Shown here: one piece after another, positions 29,802-40,645 of the stretch
Layout: every line of letters starts with the position of its first letter
How positions within the stretch are numbered: position 1 is the first letter of the stretch
Assembly (NCBI GenBank): GCA_027008245.1
Contig: JALTCA010000066.1
Location: 18,688 to 82,687, forward strand
DNA length: 64,000 nucleotides
Source of the DNA: Desulfurellales bacterium
GTDB taxonomy: Bacteria > Campylobacterota_A > Desulfurellia > Desulfurellales > Hippeaceae
Direction of reading: 5' to 3'
Translations under genes and position numbers: made by a program
Notes under the pieces: generated by a model
Told to the model about the DNA's origin: nothing
Database searches by the model: none
Seen by the model: only the letters and a program-made list of their open reading frames with translations

Positions 29802-29831
29802 TTTAGTGTTAAATCTTTTTTGTTTATCGAG

Positions 29832-30392
29832 TTAGCCTTCCTTTTTAAATTTTTCCCCAATTTCCAAGCCCATATCAAAGGCTTTCATATTCATATCCAA
29901 AAATCTCTCCGGAACTTCTTCTTTTACAGTTTCTCTAACCGCACTAATATCCAAAACATGCGTCAATCCAACACAAATTCCAACAGCCAAAATATTCATT
30001 GTAACAACATTGCCTATTTCATATTTAGCCACTTTAACAAGAGGATACTCGTAGATTTTATAAAGATTTTTGTCTTCGGCTGGAACTGTAACAAGACCAG
30101 AATCGACCAAAACATCAGCGCTACTTTTTAAATCCCCTTTGTAGGCATCGTAAGCCTTCTGATGGGTTGCTAAGAAAAAATCAACATTAGTGGACTCAGC
30201 GAATACAATCGGCGTATCGGAAATTATAATATCAGCCTTTGCTGCACCACCCCTAACCTGAGAGGTGTATGTTGGAACTTGGGTAGCATAATAACTTGTA
30301 TGGAAAACAGCTGCATGGGCAAGTATACTTCCTGCAGTCAAGGAACCTTGTCCACCAACTCCCGCAAATCTTAATTCATAATGAAATCCCAT
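29832..30392 (-). CDS. oorC: 2-oxoglutarate:ferredoxin oxidoreductase gamma subunit
   Basis: AGVGGQG, YTSQVRGG, NMKAF. Confidence 0.88.
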   Translation of the reverse strand: MGFHYELRFAGVGGQGSLTAGSILAHAAVFHTSYYATQVPTYTSQVRGGAAKADIIISDTPIVFAESTNVDFFLATHQKAYDAYKGDLKSSADVLVDSGLVTVPAEDKNLYKIYEYPLVKVAKYEIGNVVTMNILAVGICVGLTHVLDISAVRETVKEEVPERFLDMNMKAFDMGLEIGEKFKKEG

Positions 30393-30404
30393 TTTCTTAC
30401 CTCT

Positions 30405-31352
30405 CTATAGTTTTTTCCACTCTTTTAATGGTGTTTCAACATCATAAGGATACAGTTTCTTTAACTCTTCCCCTGTAATTTTATATTTGTCATCCTCCGT
30501 TAAAGTACCTTTAACATATTTAGCCCAATACTCATCACTTGCCTGAGCTTTCTCAACGAGACTCTTGTAAGCCTCTGTGAGTTCAGGTTTACTTTCATCC
30601 TTATGCAAAACGCCTGTTACAAACTTGCCCTTAAGCTCCTCTTCACTCATTCTCTTAGCTTTAGCAGAACTTACGAGGAAGCTCTTCATGTGCTCAAGCA
30701 ACTTAGCAGGGTCACCTAATTTATTTCTTCTTCCAAAGTTAATAGGGCATGGGCTGAAAACGTCAATCAGAGCAAAACCTTTATACTCAAGACCCTCTTT
30801 TATTAGCTTTTTCAATCTTGTAGGATCTCCAGCAAATCCCCTTGCAACATAGCCTGCACCTGCTCCTATTGCCATCTGGCAAACATCAATTGTTGGCTCA
30901 AATGTTCCTCTTGGAGCCGTGGATGCCTTAGCCCCAGGAGGTGTCGTACATGAGTGTTGTCCACCTGTCATTCCGTATATCCAGTTGTTAATCAAAACAA
31001 CTGTAACATCAATATTTCTCCTACATGCATGAAGCAGATGGTTTCCACCGATATGAACGATATCGCCATCACCACCAAAAACAAACACATGTTTATCTGG
31101 GTGGCTCATTTTAATTCCTGCTGCAACAGCAATCGCCCTTCCATGAATTGTGTGTAGGGTGTGAAAATCAACGTAACCTGTAACCCTCGCGGCACAACCG
31201 ATACCAGAAACCATAGCACAATCATCCTTGCTCCAGCCCAGCTCATCAATAGCTTCAAGGTAACACTTCAAAACTATACCGTCACCACAGCCTGGACACC
31301 AGTAAAGCGGCATTTTGTCCATTCTTAGGTATTTTGTATAATCTACAGCCAT
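30405..31352 (-). CDS. oorB: 2-oxoglutarate:ferredoxin oxidoreductase beta subunit (TPP-binding)
   Basis: WCPGCG, SGIGC, GDGD, YGMTGGQ, SPC. Confidence 0.9.
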   Translation of the reverse strand: MAVDYTKYLRMDKMPLYWCPGCGDGIVLKCYLEAIDELGWSKDDCAMVSGIGCAARVTGYVDFHTLHTIHGRAIAVAAGIKMSHPDKHVFVFGGDGDIVHIGGNHLLHACRRNIDVTVVLINNWIYGMTGGQHSCTTPPGAKASTAPRGTFEPTIDVCQMAIGAGAGYVARGFAGDPTRLKKLIKEGLEYKGFALIDVFSPCPINFGRRNKLGDPAKLLEHMKSFLVSSAKAKRMSEEELKGKFVTGVLHKDESKPELTEAYKSLVEKAQASDEYWAKYVKGTLTEDDKYKITGEELKKLYPYDVETPLKEWKKL

Positions 31353-32548
31353 TATTCGCCTCCTCCAAACCTCTTTAACTCTTCATTGGTCAAGCCTATC
31401 TCAACCCTCTTTGATGGATTCTTAATCTTATCATAAATCTGGGATGGCCTTATTAACACACCAGCTGCTTGATTTACACCGTATACAGGTACTTTGCCGC
31501 CTACCACCCTTTCAACTTCCAATAGGTATTGACCCAAGTTCATCTCAGCAACGATAACGTTTTTAACCTTAGATGCTATGTCCCTAATCTGCTCCTCTGG
31601 TGATGGCCACAGTGTTAATGGCCTAAACATACCAACCTTGATTCCCTCTTCCCTTGCCTGGTCTATTGCAACCCTTGCTGCTTCAGCTGTCGAGCCGTAG
31701 GCAATGATACACGTTTCAGCATCATCCATCTTGTAATACTCGTATTTTAGAATTTCGTCTAAGTGGTTGGAAATCTTTTTATACATTCTCTCCAAAAGCC
31801 ACTGAGTGTACTTAGGCTCAACTGTCGGAAACCCAGTCTTATCATGAATCAAGCTTGAAAGATGATATCTATAGCTCTTTCCATCATCTGTCCACCATTT
31901 TGCCAAAGGTGGAACTTCGTAATTGTAGTCATACGGATAATAGTTATCTGGGTCAACATCTGGTTGAGTTCTATCAACAATCTCTACTTCTTCAGGGTCA
32001 GGTATGTAAACCTTTGTATGCAAGTGAGAAAGCGAACCATCCGTTAATAGCACAACTGGTTGCCTGAATTTCTCTGCCAAATTGAAAGCCCTAATGGTCT
32101 CAAAAATAGCCTCTTGTGCATTACATGGAGAGAGAGCGATTATAGGATGGTCGCCGTGCGTTCCCCATCTTGCCTGCATAACATCCTGCTGCGATGGTCT
32201 TGTTGGCAAACCTGTAGACGGCCCTCCCCTCATAACATTAACCACTACAAGGGGAACTTCAAGCATACAAGCCATACCCAAAGCTTCCTGCTTTAGGGAA
32301 TAGCCAGGGCCACTTGTACATGTCATAGCCTTAACGCCACTTGCAGTAGCACCCACGCAGGCATTTATGCTTGCAATCTCATCTTCCATCATCATGAAAG
32401 GCAAACCCTTCTCGGGCATAATCTTTGAAAGCCTTTCAGGCACCTCACTGGATGGGGTTATTGGGTATCCAGCATAAAACCCCAAACCAGCCACTAAAGC
32501 AGCTTCAGCAACAGCCGCGTTTGCATTTAAAAATGCAATCCTTCCCAT
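31352..32548 (-). CDS. oorA: 2-oxoglutarate:ferredoxin oxidoreductase alpha subunit
   Basis: YPITP, EDE, TSGPG, RGGPSTGLPT, EMNLGQ. Confidence 0.9.
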   Translation of the reverse strand: MGRIAFLNANAAVAEAALVAGLGFYAGYPITPSSEVPERLSKIMPEKGLPFMMMEDEIASINACVGATASGVKAMTCTSGPGYSLKQEALGMACMLEVPLVVVNVMRGGPSTGLPTRPSQQDVMQARWGTHGDHPIIALSPCNAQEAIFETIRAFNLAEKFRQPVVLLTDGSLSHLHTKVYIPDPEEVEIVDRTQPDVDPDNYYPYDYNYEVPPLAKWWTDDGKSYRYHLSSLIHDKTGFPTVEPKYTQWLLERMYKKISNHLDEILKYEYYKMDDAETCIIAYGSTAEAARVAIDQAREEGIKVGMFRPLTLWPSPEEQIRDIASKVKNVIVAEMNLGQYLLEVERVVGGKVPVYGVNQAAGVLIRPSQIYDKIKNPSKRVEIGLTNEELKRFGGGE

Positions 32549-32557
32549 TGATTCCTC

Positions 32558-32830
32558 CTATTTACTCTTTGTAATCAAATTACCCTTACTATCCTCAAAC
32601 GTTAGTTCCACACCGATATCCTCAACAGTGATAGCAAAGTCAGGACATATGTCCTCACACATCTTACACCTAATGCAATCCTCAGGTCTCACAACTTTAG
32701 CTGTAGTGCCCATCCACACATGCAAATCCTCGACCATTTCCAAAACGTTTTTTGGACAAACATGCACACATAAACCGCAACCTTTACATAAATCGTAATT
32801 AACCTCAACAGGCATGCGTTTCTCAGCCAT
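32558..32830 (-). CDS. oorD: 2-oxoglutarate:ferredoxin oxidoreductase delta subunit (2x[4Fe-4S])
   Basis: CKGCGLCVHVCP and CIRCKMCEDICPDFAI. Confidence 0.88.
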   Translation of the reverse strand: MAEKRMPVEVNYDLCKGCGLCVHVCPKNVLEMVEDLHVWMGTTAKVVRPEDCIRCKMCEDICPDFAITVEDIGVELTFEDSKGNLITKSK

Positions 32831-32884
32831 CCTCACCTCTCCTTTTACTCAAAAATTGAAAAGGGGCAAGCCCCCTGCTTTTCA

Positions 32885-35119
32885 TTAAATCTCTTCCACG
32901 ATTTCATTTAATACTTCGCTAGGCCTCATAACCTTTTCAAGAATGCTTTCATCAGGCCAATAATATCCCTTTATATCGTAAGACTTACCCTGAGCACCAT
33001 CCAAGTCTTTTATAATCTTTTCTTCATTTTCTGCAAGTTTTTTGGCAATCGGCCCAAATTTTTCCTTCAATTCCTTGTCCTCGTCCTGATTGGCCAGAGC
33101 CTCAGCCCAATACCTTGCAAAGTAGTAATGCTCACCCCTTGAGTCAAGCTGGTGAACCTTCCTGCCTGGCCACTTTTGGTTTGCAAGCACTTTTGCCATG
33201 GCATCGTCAACAGCCTTAGCCATAATTTCTGCTTTCTTATTTCCATATTTCTGGCCGATAAACTCAAGAGATGCAAAGATTGCACCAAACTCTCCCATAG
33301 AATCCCATCTTAGGTGGCCTTCATCAATAAGCTGCTGGGCATGTTTAGGAGCAGAACCACCGGCACCTGTTTCAAATAAACCGCCACCAGCAAGAAGTGG
33401 AACGATAGAAAGCATCTTTGCAGAAGTTCCAACCTCTAAAATTGGGAATAGGTCTGTCAAGTAATCTCTCAAGGCATTTCCAGTCACAGAAATCGTATTC
33501 AGTCCTTTTCTAATTCTTTCAAGTGAAAATCTCATAGCCTCAACAGGCTTCATAATCCTTATATCTAAACCCTCTGTATCGTAATCCTTCAAATACTCTT
33601 TAACTTTTTTAATAAGCTCAGCGTCGTGAGCCCTATTCTCATCAAGCCAGAAAATAGCAGGGTCACCTGTAGCTTTAGCTCTTCTAACAGCCAAGCCTAC
33701 CCAATCTTTAATAGCCTCATCTTTGGCTTGGCAGCCCCTCCAAATATCACCTTTCTCAACCTTATGTTCAATCAAAATATTACCGTTTTCATCAACAACC
33801 CTAAAAGTTCCGTTCGCTGGCGCAATAAACGTCTTATCGTGGGAGCCGTATTCCTCTGCTTTCATAGCCATCAATCCAACGTTTGACACATCGCCCATTG
33901 TTGTTCTGTCAAACTGGCCGTTTCTTTTGCAGTCTTCTACAACCTCTTTATAAATTGTTGCATAACATCTATCCGGGATAAGGGCCTTTGTATCGTGAAG
34001 CTGGTCATCTTTGCCCCACATCCTACCGCCATCCCTAATCATTGGAGGCATTGAAGCATCAATTATGATTAAATTAGGTGCATGGAGGTTTGTTATGCCC
34101 TTTCTTGAATCTACCATAGCAAGTTCAGGGTTTTTCTCATAAACCTTTTCTATGTCAGCTTCAATCTCTTTTCTCTTATTCTCAGGCAACTTTTGTATTC
34201 TTGCGTATAAATCACCTAATCCATTGTTCGGGTTTACACCCAATTCTTCAAATTCCTTTTTGTATTTCTCAAACACATCCTTGAAATAAACCTCAACCAT
34301 ATGTCCGAACATCACAGGATCTGAAACCTTCATCATGGTAGCTTTCAAATGAAGTGACAGTAGCACACCCTTTTCTTTTGCATCCTTTATTTGCTCATCA
34401 TAAAACTTCCTCAAGTCCTTGACACTCATGTAAGTGCCATCAAGTACCTCACCCTTAAGTAGGTGAAGTTCTCTCATTACCTGCTTGTTGCCATTTTCAT
34501 CAATAAACTCAATCTTTACATCCGTCTCCTTATCTGTTGTAAAGGATTTTTCGTGCTCATAGAAATCACCGCCATCCATATGAGAAACGTGAGTTTTAGA
34601 ACCATCAGGCCAATCTTGCAATGGTAAACCCATGGAATCTGGGAACTTTGCGGCAAACTCTTTAACAGCTTTAGGCAATCTCCTGTCTGAATTACCCTGC
34701 CTCAAAACTGGGTTAACGGCACTTCCCAAAACCTTAGCATACCTATCATGAATCTCCTTTTCCTTTTCATCCTTCGGTTCTTCTGGATAATCTGGAACGT
34801 TATAACCCTTTCCTTGAAGTTCCTTGATAGCGGCTTTAAGCTGAACAACAGAAGCTGAAATGTTAGGCAACTTAATTACATTTGCCTCAGGGTCATTAAC
34901 TAAATCCCCCAAATAAGCTAAATCATCATTAACCTTTTGGTCTTCCTTTAAATACTCAGGAAACGTAGCAAGTATTCTACCTGCAAGAGAAATATCCCTA
35001 ACCTCAACATCCACATCTGCATGCTTTAAAAACCCTTTAATAATAGGCAACAATGAAAATGTTGCAAGGTAGGGAGCTTCATCTGTTTTAGTCCATACCA
35101 TTTTAGCTTTTCCTGCCAT
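32885..35119 (-). CDS. icd: Monomeric NADP-dependent isocitrate dehydrogenase
   Basis: [45 protein letters not shown]; start at ATG 35119 after GGAGAG. Confidence 0.96.
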   Translation of the reverse strand: MAGKAKMVWTKTDEAPYLATFSLLPIIKGFLKHADVDVEVRDISLAGRILATFPEYLKEDQKVNDDLAYLGDLVNDPEANVIKLPNISASVVQLKAAIKELQGKGYNVPDYPEEPKDEKEKEIHDRYAKVLGSAVNPVLRQGNSDRRLPKAVKEFAAKFPDSMGLPLQDWPDGSKTHVSHMDGGDFYEHEKSFTTDKETDVKIEFIDENGNKQVMRELHLLKGEVLDGTYMSVKDLRKFYDEQIKDAKEKGVLLSLHLKATMMKVSDPVMFGHMVEVYFKDVFEKYKKEFEELGVNPNNGLGDLYARIQKLPENKRKEIEADIEKVYEKNPELAMVDSRKGITNLHAPNLIIIDASMPPMIRDGGRMWGKDDQLHDTKALIPDRCYATIYKEVVEDCKRNGQFDRTTMGDVSNVGLMAMKAEEYGSHDKTFIAPANGTFRVVDENGNILIEHKVEKGDIWRGCQAKDEAIKDWVGLAVRRAKATGDPAIFWLDENRAHDAELIKKVKEYLKDYDTEGLDIRIMKPVEAMRFSLERIRKGLNTISVTGNALRDYLTDLFPILEVGTSAKMLSIVPLLAGGGLFETGAGGSAPKHAQQLIDEGHLRWDSMGEFGAIFASLEFIGQKYGNKKAEIMAKAVDDAMAKVLANQKWPGRKVHQLDSRGEHYYFARYWAEALANQDEDKELKEKFGPIAKKLAENEEKIIKDLDGAQGKSYDIKGYYWPDESILEKVMRPSEVLNEIVEEI

Positions 35120-35304
35120 AGTTTCTCTCCTTTCATATGACATTTTATTTTTAACTATCATTAAATTTCCTTAACTACACAAGCATTTCACAAATTTCCG
35201 CACTTGGTATACATCAATAATTAACAACTGTCAAGCAGTAATTCTTAAAACTTGACTTTTTACGCCTTATAATGCATCCTTTATTGGGAGTGGGAGGTGA
35301 TTTT

Positions 35305-35931
35305 TTGATTAGTCCAAACATTTTTTTGATGGTAGTGCCATTCTTGGTAGCCGTCGTTTTTCATGAAGTAGCACACGGTTATGCTGCATACAAATTAGGT
35401 GACCATACTGCAAAAATGGCCGGTCGTCTGACGCTAAACCCGATATCTCACATAGACCCTATAGGAACTATATTTCTACCGGCAATACTGATAATCTTTC
35501 ATTCTCCTGTGCTTTTTGGTTGGGCAAAGCCCGTGCCGGTAAACTTTTTCAACCTAAGAAACCCTAAACGAGATTCGGCCATCGTAGCTGCAGCTGGCCC
35601 TGTTACAAATATTGTATTGGCAGCCCTATTTGGCATAACATACAAATTTCTCTTGTTCTTACCTATACCAACAGCGTTGATGAACCCTTTGGCAATAACC
35701 TGCATGTACGGAGTGCAGCTTAACCTTATATTCGCATTTTTTAACTTAATTCCTATTCTGCCACTTGATGGAGGTAGGATTCTTGCAGCGTTTTTACCCC
35801 CAAGGTGGGCGTATAATTTCTCTAAAATAGAGCCCTACGGCGTATGGATTGTGATGGGACTTTTATTCTTGGGGATTTTTAACTTTATTTACTACATATT
35901 TGTATTACCCTTGACCAATTTGTTTCTATAA
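35305..35931 (+). CDS. Site-2 protease family (M50) membrane metalloprotease
   Basis: HEVAH, GWAKPVP, AAGP, FNLIPILPLDG; TTG start at 35305 after GGAGG. Confidence 0.92.
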   Translation: MISPNIFLMVVPFLVAVVFHEVAHGYAAYKLGDHTAKMAGRLTLNPISHIDPIGTIFLPAILIIFHSPVLFGWAKPVPVNFFNLRNPKRDSAIVAAAGPVTNIVLAALFGITYKFLLFLPIPTALMNPLAITCMYGVQLNLIFAFFNLIPILPLDGGRILAAFLPPRWAYNFSKIEPYGVWIVMGLLFLGIFNFIYYIFVLPLTNLFL

Positions 35932-36957
35932 ATGGTAGAGTTAATGAAAGAAGCGTATTTATACGAAAGGCTAAATAATAACAACATTCAATGCAATTTA
36001 TGCTCCTTCAAGTGCAAGCTGTCAGATGGTCAAAAAGGCATCTGTGGCGTTAGAAAAAACGAGAAAGGCACGCTATATTCACTCGTTTATCCCAAAACTA
36101 TAGCGAAAGCTGTAGACCCAATAGAAAAAAAACCCCTGTTTCACTTTCTACCCGGCACAAAAGCCTTTAGTATTGCAACAGTGGGCTGCAATTTCAAATG
36201 CCTATTCTGCCAGAATTGGGAAATAAGCCAATATCCACTGGAATACGGTAAAATTGTAGGTGAGTATTATCCACCCGAAAAGGTTGTGGAGGATGCTTTA
36301 GCTACAGGTTGCAAAAGTATAGCCTACACATACACAGAGCCAACGATATTCTTTGAATACGCTATAGATACGGCCAAAATTGCAAAAGAAAACAGCTTAA
36401 AAAATATTTTTGTAACTAACGGATATATGACAAAGGAAGCTATAGACATGATGGCCGGCCTAATTGACGCTGCAAATGTAGATTTAAAGTCATTTTCAGA
36501 TTCATTTTATTCAAAAATCTGTGGCGGTGCGAGGCTCAAACATGTTTTAGAATCCATAGAATACATGAAAGAAAAAGGCATTTGGGTAGAACTCACAACC
36601 CTTATCATACCTGGTTTAAACGACAATTACGATGAAGCTAAAAAAATAGCTGAATTCATATACCAAACAGACCCATCGATACCGTGGCATATCAGTAGAT
36701 TTTACCCAACATACAAACTTACCAATATCCCGCCGACACCTGTACAAACAGTGAAAGATATTAGACAAATAGGCTTATCGGCTGGGCTCAAATACGTGTA
36801 TACAGGCAATATTTTGGATGACAAAGGGGAAAATACGTACTGTCCAAAATGTGGAGAACTTTTGATTTCAAGATTTGGTTTTGAGATTAAACTAAACAAC
36901 ATAAAAGATGGAAAATGCCCCAAGTGTGGCGAAAAAATTGATATAGTGTGGAGTTGA
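35932..36957 (+). CDS. amrS: AmmeMemoRadiSam system radical SAM enzyme
   Basis: DPIEKKPLFHF, CNFKCLFCQNWEISQ, YTYTEP, C-terminal CPKC pairs. Confidence 0.92.
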   Translation: MVELMKEAYLYERLNNNNIQCNLCSFKCKLSDGQKGICGVRKNEKGTLYSLVYPKTIAKAVDPIEKKPLFHFLPGTKAFSIATVGCNFKCLFCQNWEISQYPLEYGKIVGEYYPPEKVVEDALATGCKSIAYTYTEPTIFFEYAIDTAKIAKENSLKNIFVTNGYMTKEAIDMMAGLIDAANVDLKSFSDSFYSKICGGARLKHVLESIEYMKEKGIWVELTTLIIPGLNDNYDEAKKIAEFIYQTDPSIPWHISRFYPTYKLTNIPPTPVQTVKDIRQIGLSAGLKYVYTGNILDDKGENTYCPKCGELLISRFGFEIKLNNIKDGKCPKCGEKIDIVWS

Positions 36958-37475
36958 AAGTGAGGCTTTTATTTGAGGAAAAGGAAATCAGTGAAAAAAT
37001 AAAGGATTTGGCCAAAACTATCGATGAAATTGTAAAAGAGAACGAAGGAAAAACAGTAGTACTCTACATAGAGAAAGGTGGAAAACCGTTCTTTGAGAAA
37101 CTGTTAGGTTCCATGGAAACAAAACCGCTAACAGATTCTATAAGGGTAAAGAGTTACGAGGGTGTTAAAAGTTCAGGAAACATACGCTGGCTAAAAAAAC
37201 CCTCTGTTGATTTAAAGGGTAAAACCTGCATCATTGTAGACGATATTTTAGACACTGGAAAAACAATAAAGAAGGTGAAAGAGTACATATTGGAAAATGG
37301 TGCGAAAGATTGCAAAATATGTGTTGCAGTCAATAAACACGAAAGAAGAGAAGAAGATATAGAGCCAGACTACTACCTGTTTGACTTAGATGAAGGATTC
37401 ATCGTTGGGTTTGGCATGGATTACAACGAAAAATACAGAGAGTTGCCCTCAATATACATAATGGGCGAACAGTAG
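36948..37475 (+). CDS. hpt: Hypoxanthine-guanine phosphoribosyltransferase
   Basis: KSY loop, IVDDILDTGKT, FIVGFGMDYNEKYRELP. Confidence 0.85.
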   Translation: MELKVRLLFEEKEISEKIKDLAKTIDEIVKENEGKTVVLYIEKGGKPFFEKLLGSMETKPLTDSIRVKSYEGVKSSGNIRWLKKPSVDLKGKTCIIVDDILDTGKTIKKVKEYILENGAKDCKICVAVNKHERREEDIEPDYYLFDLDEGFIVGFGMDYNEKYRELPSIYIMGEQ

Positions 37476-37494
37476 CTAAAAAATCAAAGCAGAT

Positions 37495-38487
37495 ATGACA
37501 ACTTTAAACAGAAGGTGTGTTGTATTATATTCTGGTGGGTTGGATAGCTTACTTTCTTTGGTAATAATGAAAAATTTAGGGTTCGAAGCCATACCGCTTT
37601 TTATAAAAACACCTTTTTACAACAAAAACACAAATTTACTCAAAAAACAACTAGAGCCCTTTGGCGTAAAATTAGCAGTAAAAGAGGATTTTAAAGGATA
37701 CATGAGCATGCTAAGAAATCCTCGTTTTGGTTATGGTAAAAACCTAAACCCATGTATAGATTGTAAAATCTTCTTCTACAAAAAGGCAAAAGAGTTAATG
37801 GAAGAAACACAGGCAAGTTTCGTTGTAACAGGTGAGGTATTAGGGCAAAGGCCAATGAGTCAGCGCTCATACACAATACTTAGAACAATAGAGAAACAGT
37901 CAGGTTTAAGCGACTTGGTTTTAAGGCCGTTATCTGCGCAGTGCTTACCAGGGACAAAAATGGAACAGGAAAGCATAGTTGATAGAGAAAAACTTTATTG
38001 CATACAAGGAAGAGCAAGAAAAAAACAGTTAGAGTTGGCACAAAGCCTGGGAATAAAAAATTTTGAAAGTCCGGCTGGAGGATGCCTTTTGACTGACGTA
38101 CAGTTTAGCGCCAGATTAAAAGAAACAATGAACAGAAAAGAGGAATTTTATAACCCTAAAGCCATAGAGCTATTACACATAGGGCGACATTTTAGGATTG
38201 ACGGATTTAGGTTTGTGGTATCAAGAAACGAAGATGAAACCAAAGAACTACTTGAAAACTTTGATTTTTTACCAATTGTAATGTGCCTAAATGAACCAGG
38301 TGCAGTAGGTGTCTTTTTAAAGGAACCTCACATGGATACCATAATAAAAGGAGCTTCTATTGTAAAAAGATATTCTAGAAAAGCTCAAAGTTTGATATTT
38401 AAAGGCTCAAGGGAATTTATTATTGATATAAAACCGATGGGGGACGAAGAAATTAACAAGTACAGAATCGGAGGAATAAATGCTTGA
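37495..38487 (+). CDS. PP-loop ATPase, ThiI/MnmA-related putative tRNA sulfurtransferase
   Basis: [36 protein letters not shown]. Confidence 0.78.
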   Translation: MTTLNRRCVVLYSGGLDSLLSLVIMKNLGFEAIPLFIKTPFYNKNTNLLKKQLEPFGVKLAVKEDFKGYMSMLRNPRFGYGKNLNPCIDCKIFFYKKAKELMEETQASFVVTGEVLGQRPMSQRSYTILRTIEKQSGLSDLVLRPLSAQCLPGTKMEQESIVDREKLYCIQGRARKKQLELAQSLGIKNFESPAGGCLLTDVQFSARLKETMNRKEEFYNPKAIELLHIGRHFRIDGFRFVVSRNEDETKELLENFDFLPIVMCLNEPGAVGVFLKEPHMDTIIKGASIVKRYSRKAQSLIFKGSREFIIDIKPMGDEEINKYRIGGINA

Positions 38488-39544
38488 GGAGAAGCTTAAA
38501 GAAATACAGGAAAGATACAAAGAGATAGAAGGAAAGCTCTCAGACCCGAACATAGTAAACGATATGAAAGCCTATAAAGAACTCAGCTCAGACCTAAAAA
38601 AACTCACACCAATAGTAGAAAAGGCAAATGAATACGAGAACATTTTAAGCCAAATAAAAGAAAACGAAGAGCTATTAGAAGATGAAGAACTTAAAGAGTT
38701 GGCTAAAGAGGAACTGAAAGAATTAAAAGAGCGACTATCACAACTGGAGAATGAAATAAAGATTTTGCTTCTGCCTAAAGATGAAGCTGACGACAACAAC
38801 GTAATTTTAGAGATTAGGGCAGGAACAGGCGGAGAAGAGGCAGCACTGTTTGCAGCAGACCTTTTTAGGATGTATTCAAGGTTTGCAGAAAGAAAGGGTT
38901 TTAAAATAGAAGTATTGAGCAAAAGTATGTCAGATACTGGAGGATTTAAGGAAATTATTGCGGAAATCAAGGGCAAAGGTGCATATTCGCTATTCAAATA
39001 CGAAAGCGGAACGCATAGGGTGCAAAGAATACCTGTAACAGAATCTCAAGGCAGAATACATACCTCGGCGGCAACGGTGGCCGTTCTGCCCGAAGCAAAA
39101 GATATAGATGTTGAAATCAACCCCGAAGACTTAAGAATTGATGTGTTTAGGGCAAGTGGACATGGTGGGCAGCACGTAAACACAACAGACTCTGCCGTTC
39201 GCATAACACACCTACCAACAGGAACTGTTGTAAGTTGTCAAGATGAAAAATCACAATATAAAAATAAAGAAAAAGCCATGAAAATACTAAAATCGAGGCT
39301 TTATGACCTCTATAGAAGACAAAAAGAACAAGAGAGAGCTGAAGAGAGGAGGTCACAAATTGGCTCAGGCGACAGATCTGAACGTATAAGAACATACAAC
39401 TTCCCTCAAGGTAGAATTACAGACCACAGAATAAACTTGACTTTGTATAAACTTGACAGCATTATGGAAGGTGAACTCGACGAGGTAATTGAGGCTTTGA
39501 CTGTGGATGACCAAGCAAGAAAATTAAAAGAAAGCGGATTATAA
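38480..39544 (+). CDS. prfA: Peptide chain release factor 1
   Basis: GTGGEEA, PVT anticodon loop, GGQ, RTYNFPQ. Confidence 0.97.
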   Translation: MLEEKLKEIQERYKEIEGKLSDPNIVNDMKAYKELSSDLKKLTPIVEKANEYENILSQIKENEELLEDEELKELAKEELKELKERLSQLENEIKILLLPKDEADDNNVILEIRAGTGGEEAALFAADLFRMYSRFAERKGFKIEVLSKSMSDTGGFKEIIAEIKGKGAYSLFKYESGTHRVQRIPVTESQGRIHTSAATVAVLPEAKDIDVEINPEDLRIDVFRASGHGGQHVNTTDSAVRITHLPTGTVVSCQDEKSQYKNKEKAMKILKSRLYDLYRRQKEQERAEERRSQIGSGDRSERIRTYNFPQGRITDHRINLTLYKLDSIMEGELDEVIEALTVDDQARKLKESGL

Positions 39545-39553
39545 GGAGATAAA

Positions 39554-40645
39554 ATGGGTTTTAAATGCGGTATAGTTGGCCTGCCAAATGTAGGAAAATC
39601 AACAACATTCAATGCCCTAAGTAAGGCAAATGCTGAAAGCTCTAACTTCCCTTTTTGCACAATAGACCCAAACGTTGGCATAGCAACAGTAAAAGATGAG
39701 CGTTTGTATAAACTGGCAGAACTGGTTAATCCTAAAAAAATCACGCCTCCAACAGTAGAGTTTGTCGATATTGCAGGCTTAGTAAAGGGTGCAAGTCAAG
39801 GGGCAGGCTTGGGCAATAAATTTCTATCACACATTAGAGACGTTCAGGTTATAGTACATGTGGTTAGATGTTTCGAAGATGAAGACATAGTGCATACAAT
39901 GGGAGATGTTAACCCAAAAAGGGACATAGAGGTTATAGACTTAGAGCTGATACTTGCAGACCTTCAAACCATTGAAAACAGAAGCAATAAACTTTCAAAA
40001 CAGGTAAAAACTGGGGATAAAAAATCAAAAGAAGAACTTGAGATTTTAGGAAAATTCAAGGAAATTTTAGAAAGTGGAAAACCTCTGAGAACGCAGGTTT
40101 TTAACGAAAAGGAGCTAAACATAATAAAAGAACTTAAACTGTTAAGCGCCAAGCCGGTTATCTATGTGGCAAATGTATCAGAGAACGATGTGAGAGGCAA
40201 TGAGTATTCCAACGAGGTTCAAGAAATAGCTAACAAAGAAAGCGCACCTGTTATTGTGCTGTCAAGCAAAGTAGAAGAACAAATAAGCAGGTTAGACGAA
40301 GAGGAAAAAAGGGAATTTATGGAAATGCTTGAAATAGAAGAATCCGGATTAGAAAAACTAGCTAAAGTTGGATATAAAATGCTTGGCTTAATCACGTTTT
40401 TTACAGCTGGACCAAAGGAGGTAAGGGGTTGGACAATAACCAAAGGCACGACGGCAAAAGAGGCAGCTGGTGTAATACACAGCGACATAGAGAGAGGCTT
40501 TATAAGGGCTGAAATAATAAAATACGATGACTACATAATTTGCGGCGGAGAAAAAGAAGCCAAAGAAAAAGGGCTAATGCATTTGGAAGGCAAGGATTAC
40601 ATAATGCAAGATGGCGATGTAGTCTATTTTAGGTTCAACGTATGA
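39554..40645 (+). CDS. ychF: Redox-regulated ATPase YchF
   Basis: GLPNVGKST, FCTIDPN, DIAGLVKGAS, FIRAE, FRFNV. Confidence 0.97.
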   Translation: MGFKCGIVGLPNVGKSTTFNALSKANAESSNFPFCTIDPNVGIATVKDERLYKLAELVNPKKITPPTVEFVDIAGLVKGASQGAGLGNKFLSHIRDVQVIVHVVRCFEDEDIVHTMGDVNPKRDIEVIDLELILADLQTIENRSNKLSKQVKTGDKKSKEELEILGKFKEILESGKPLRTQVFNEKELNIIKELKLLSAKPVIYVANVSENDVRGNEYSNEVQEIANKESAPVIVLSSKVEEQISRLDEEEKREFMEMLEIEESGLEKLAKVGYKMLGLITFFTAGPKEVRGWTITKGTTAKEAAGVIHSDIERGFIRAEIIKYDDYIICGGEKEAKEKGLMHLEGKDYIMQDGDVVYFRFNV

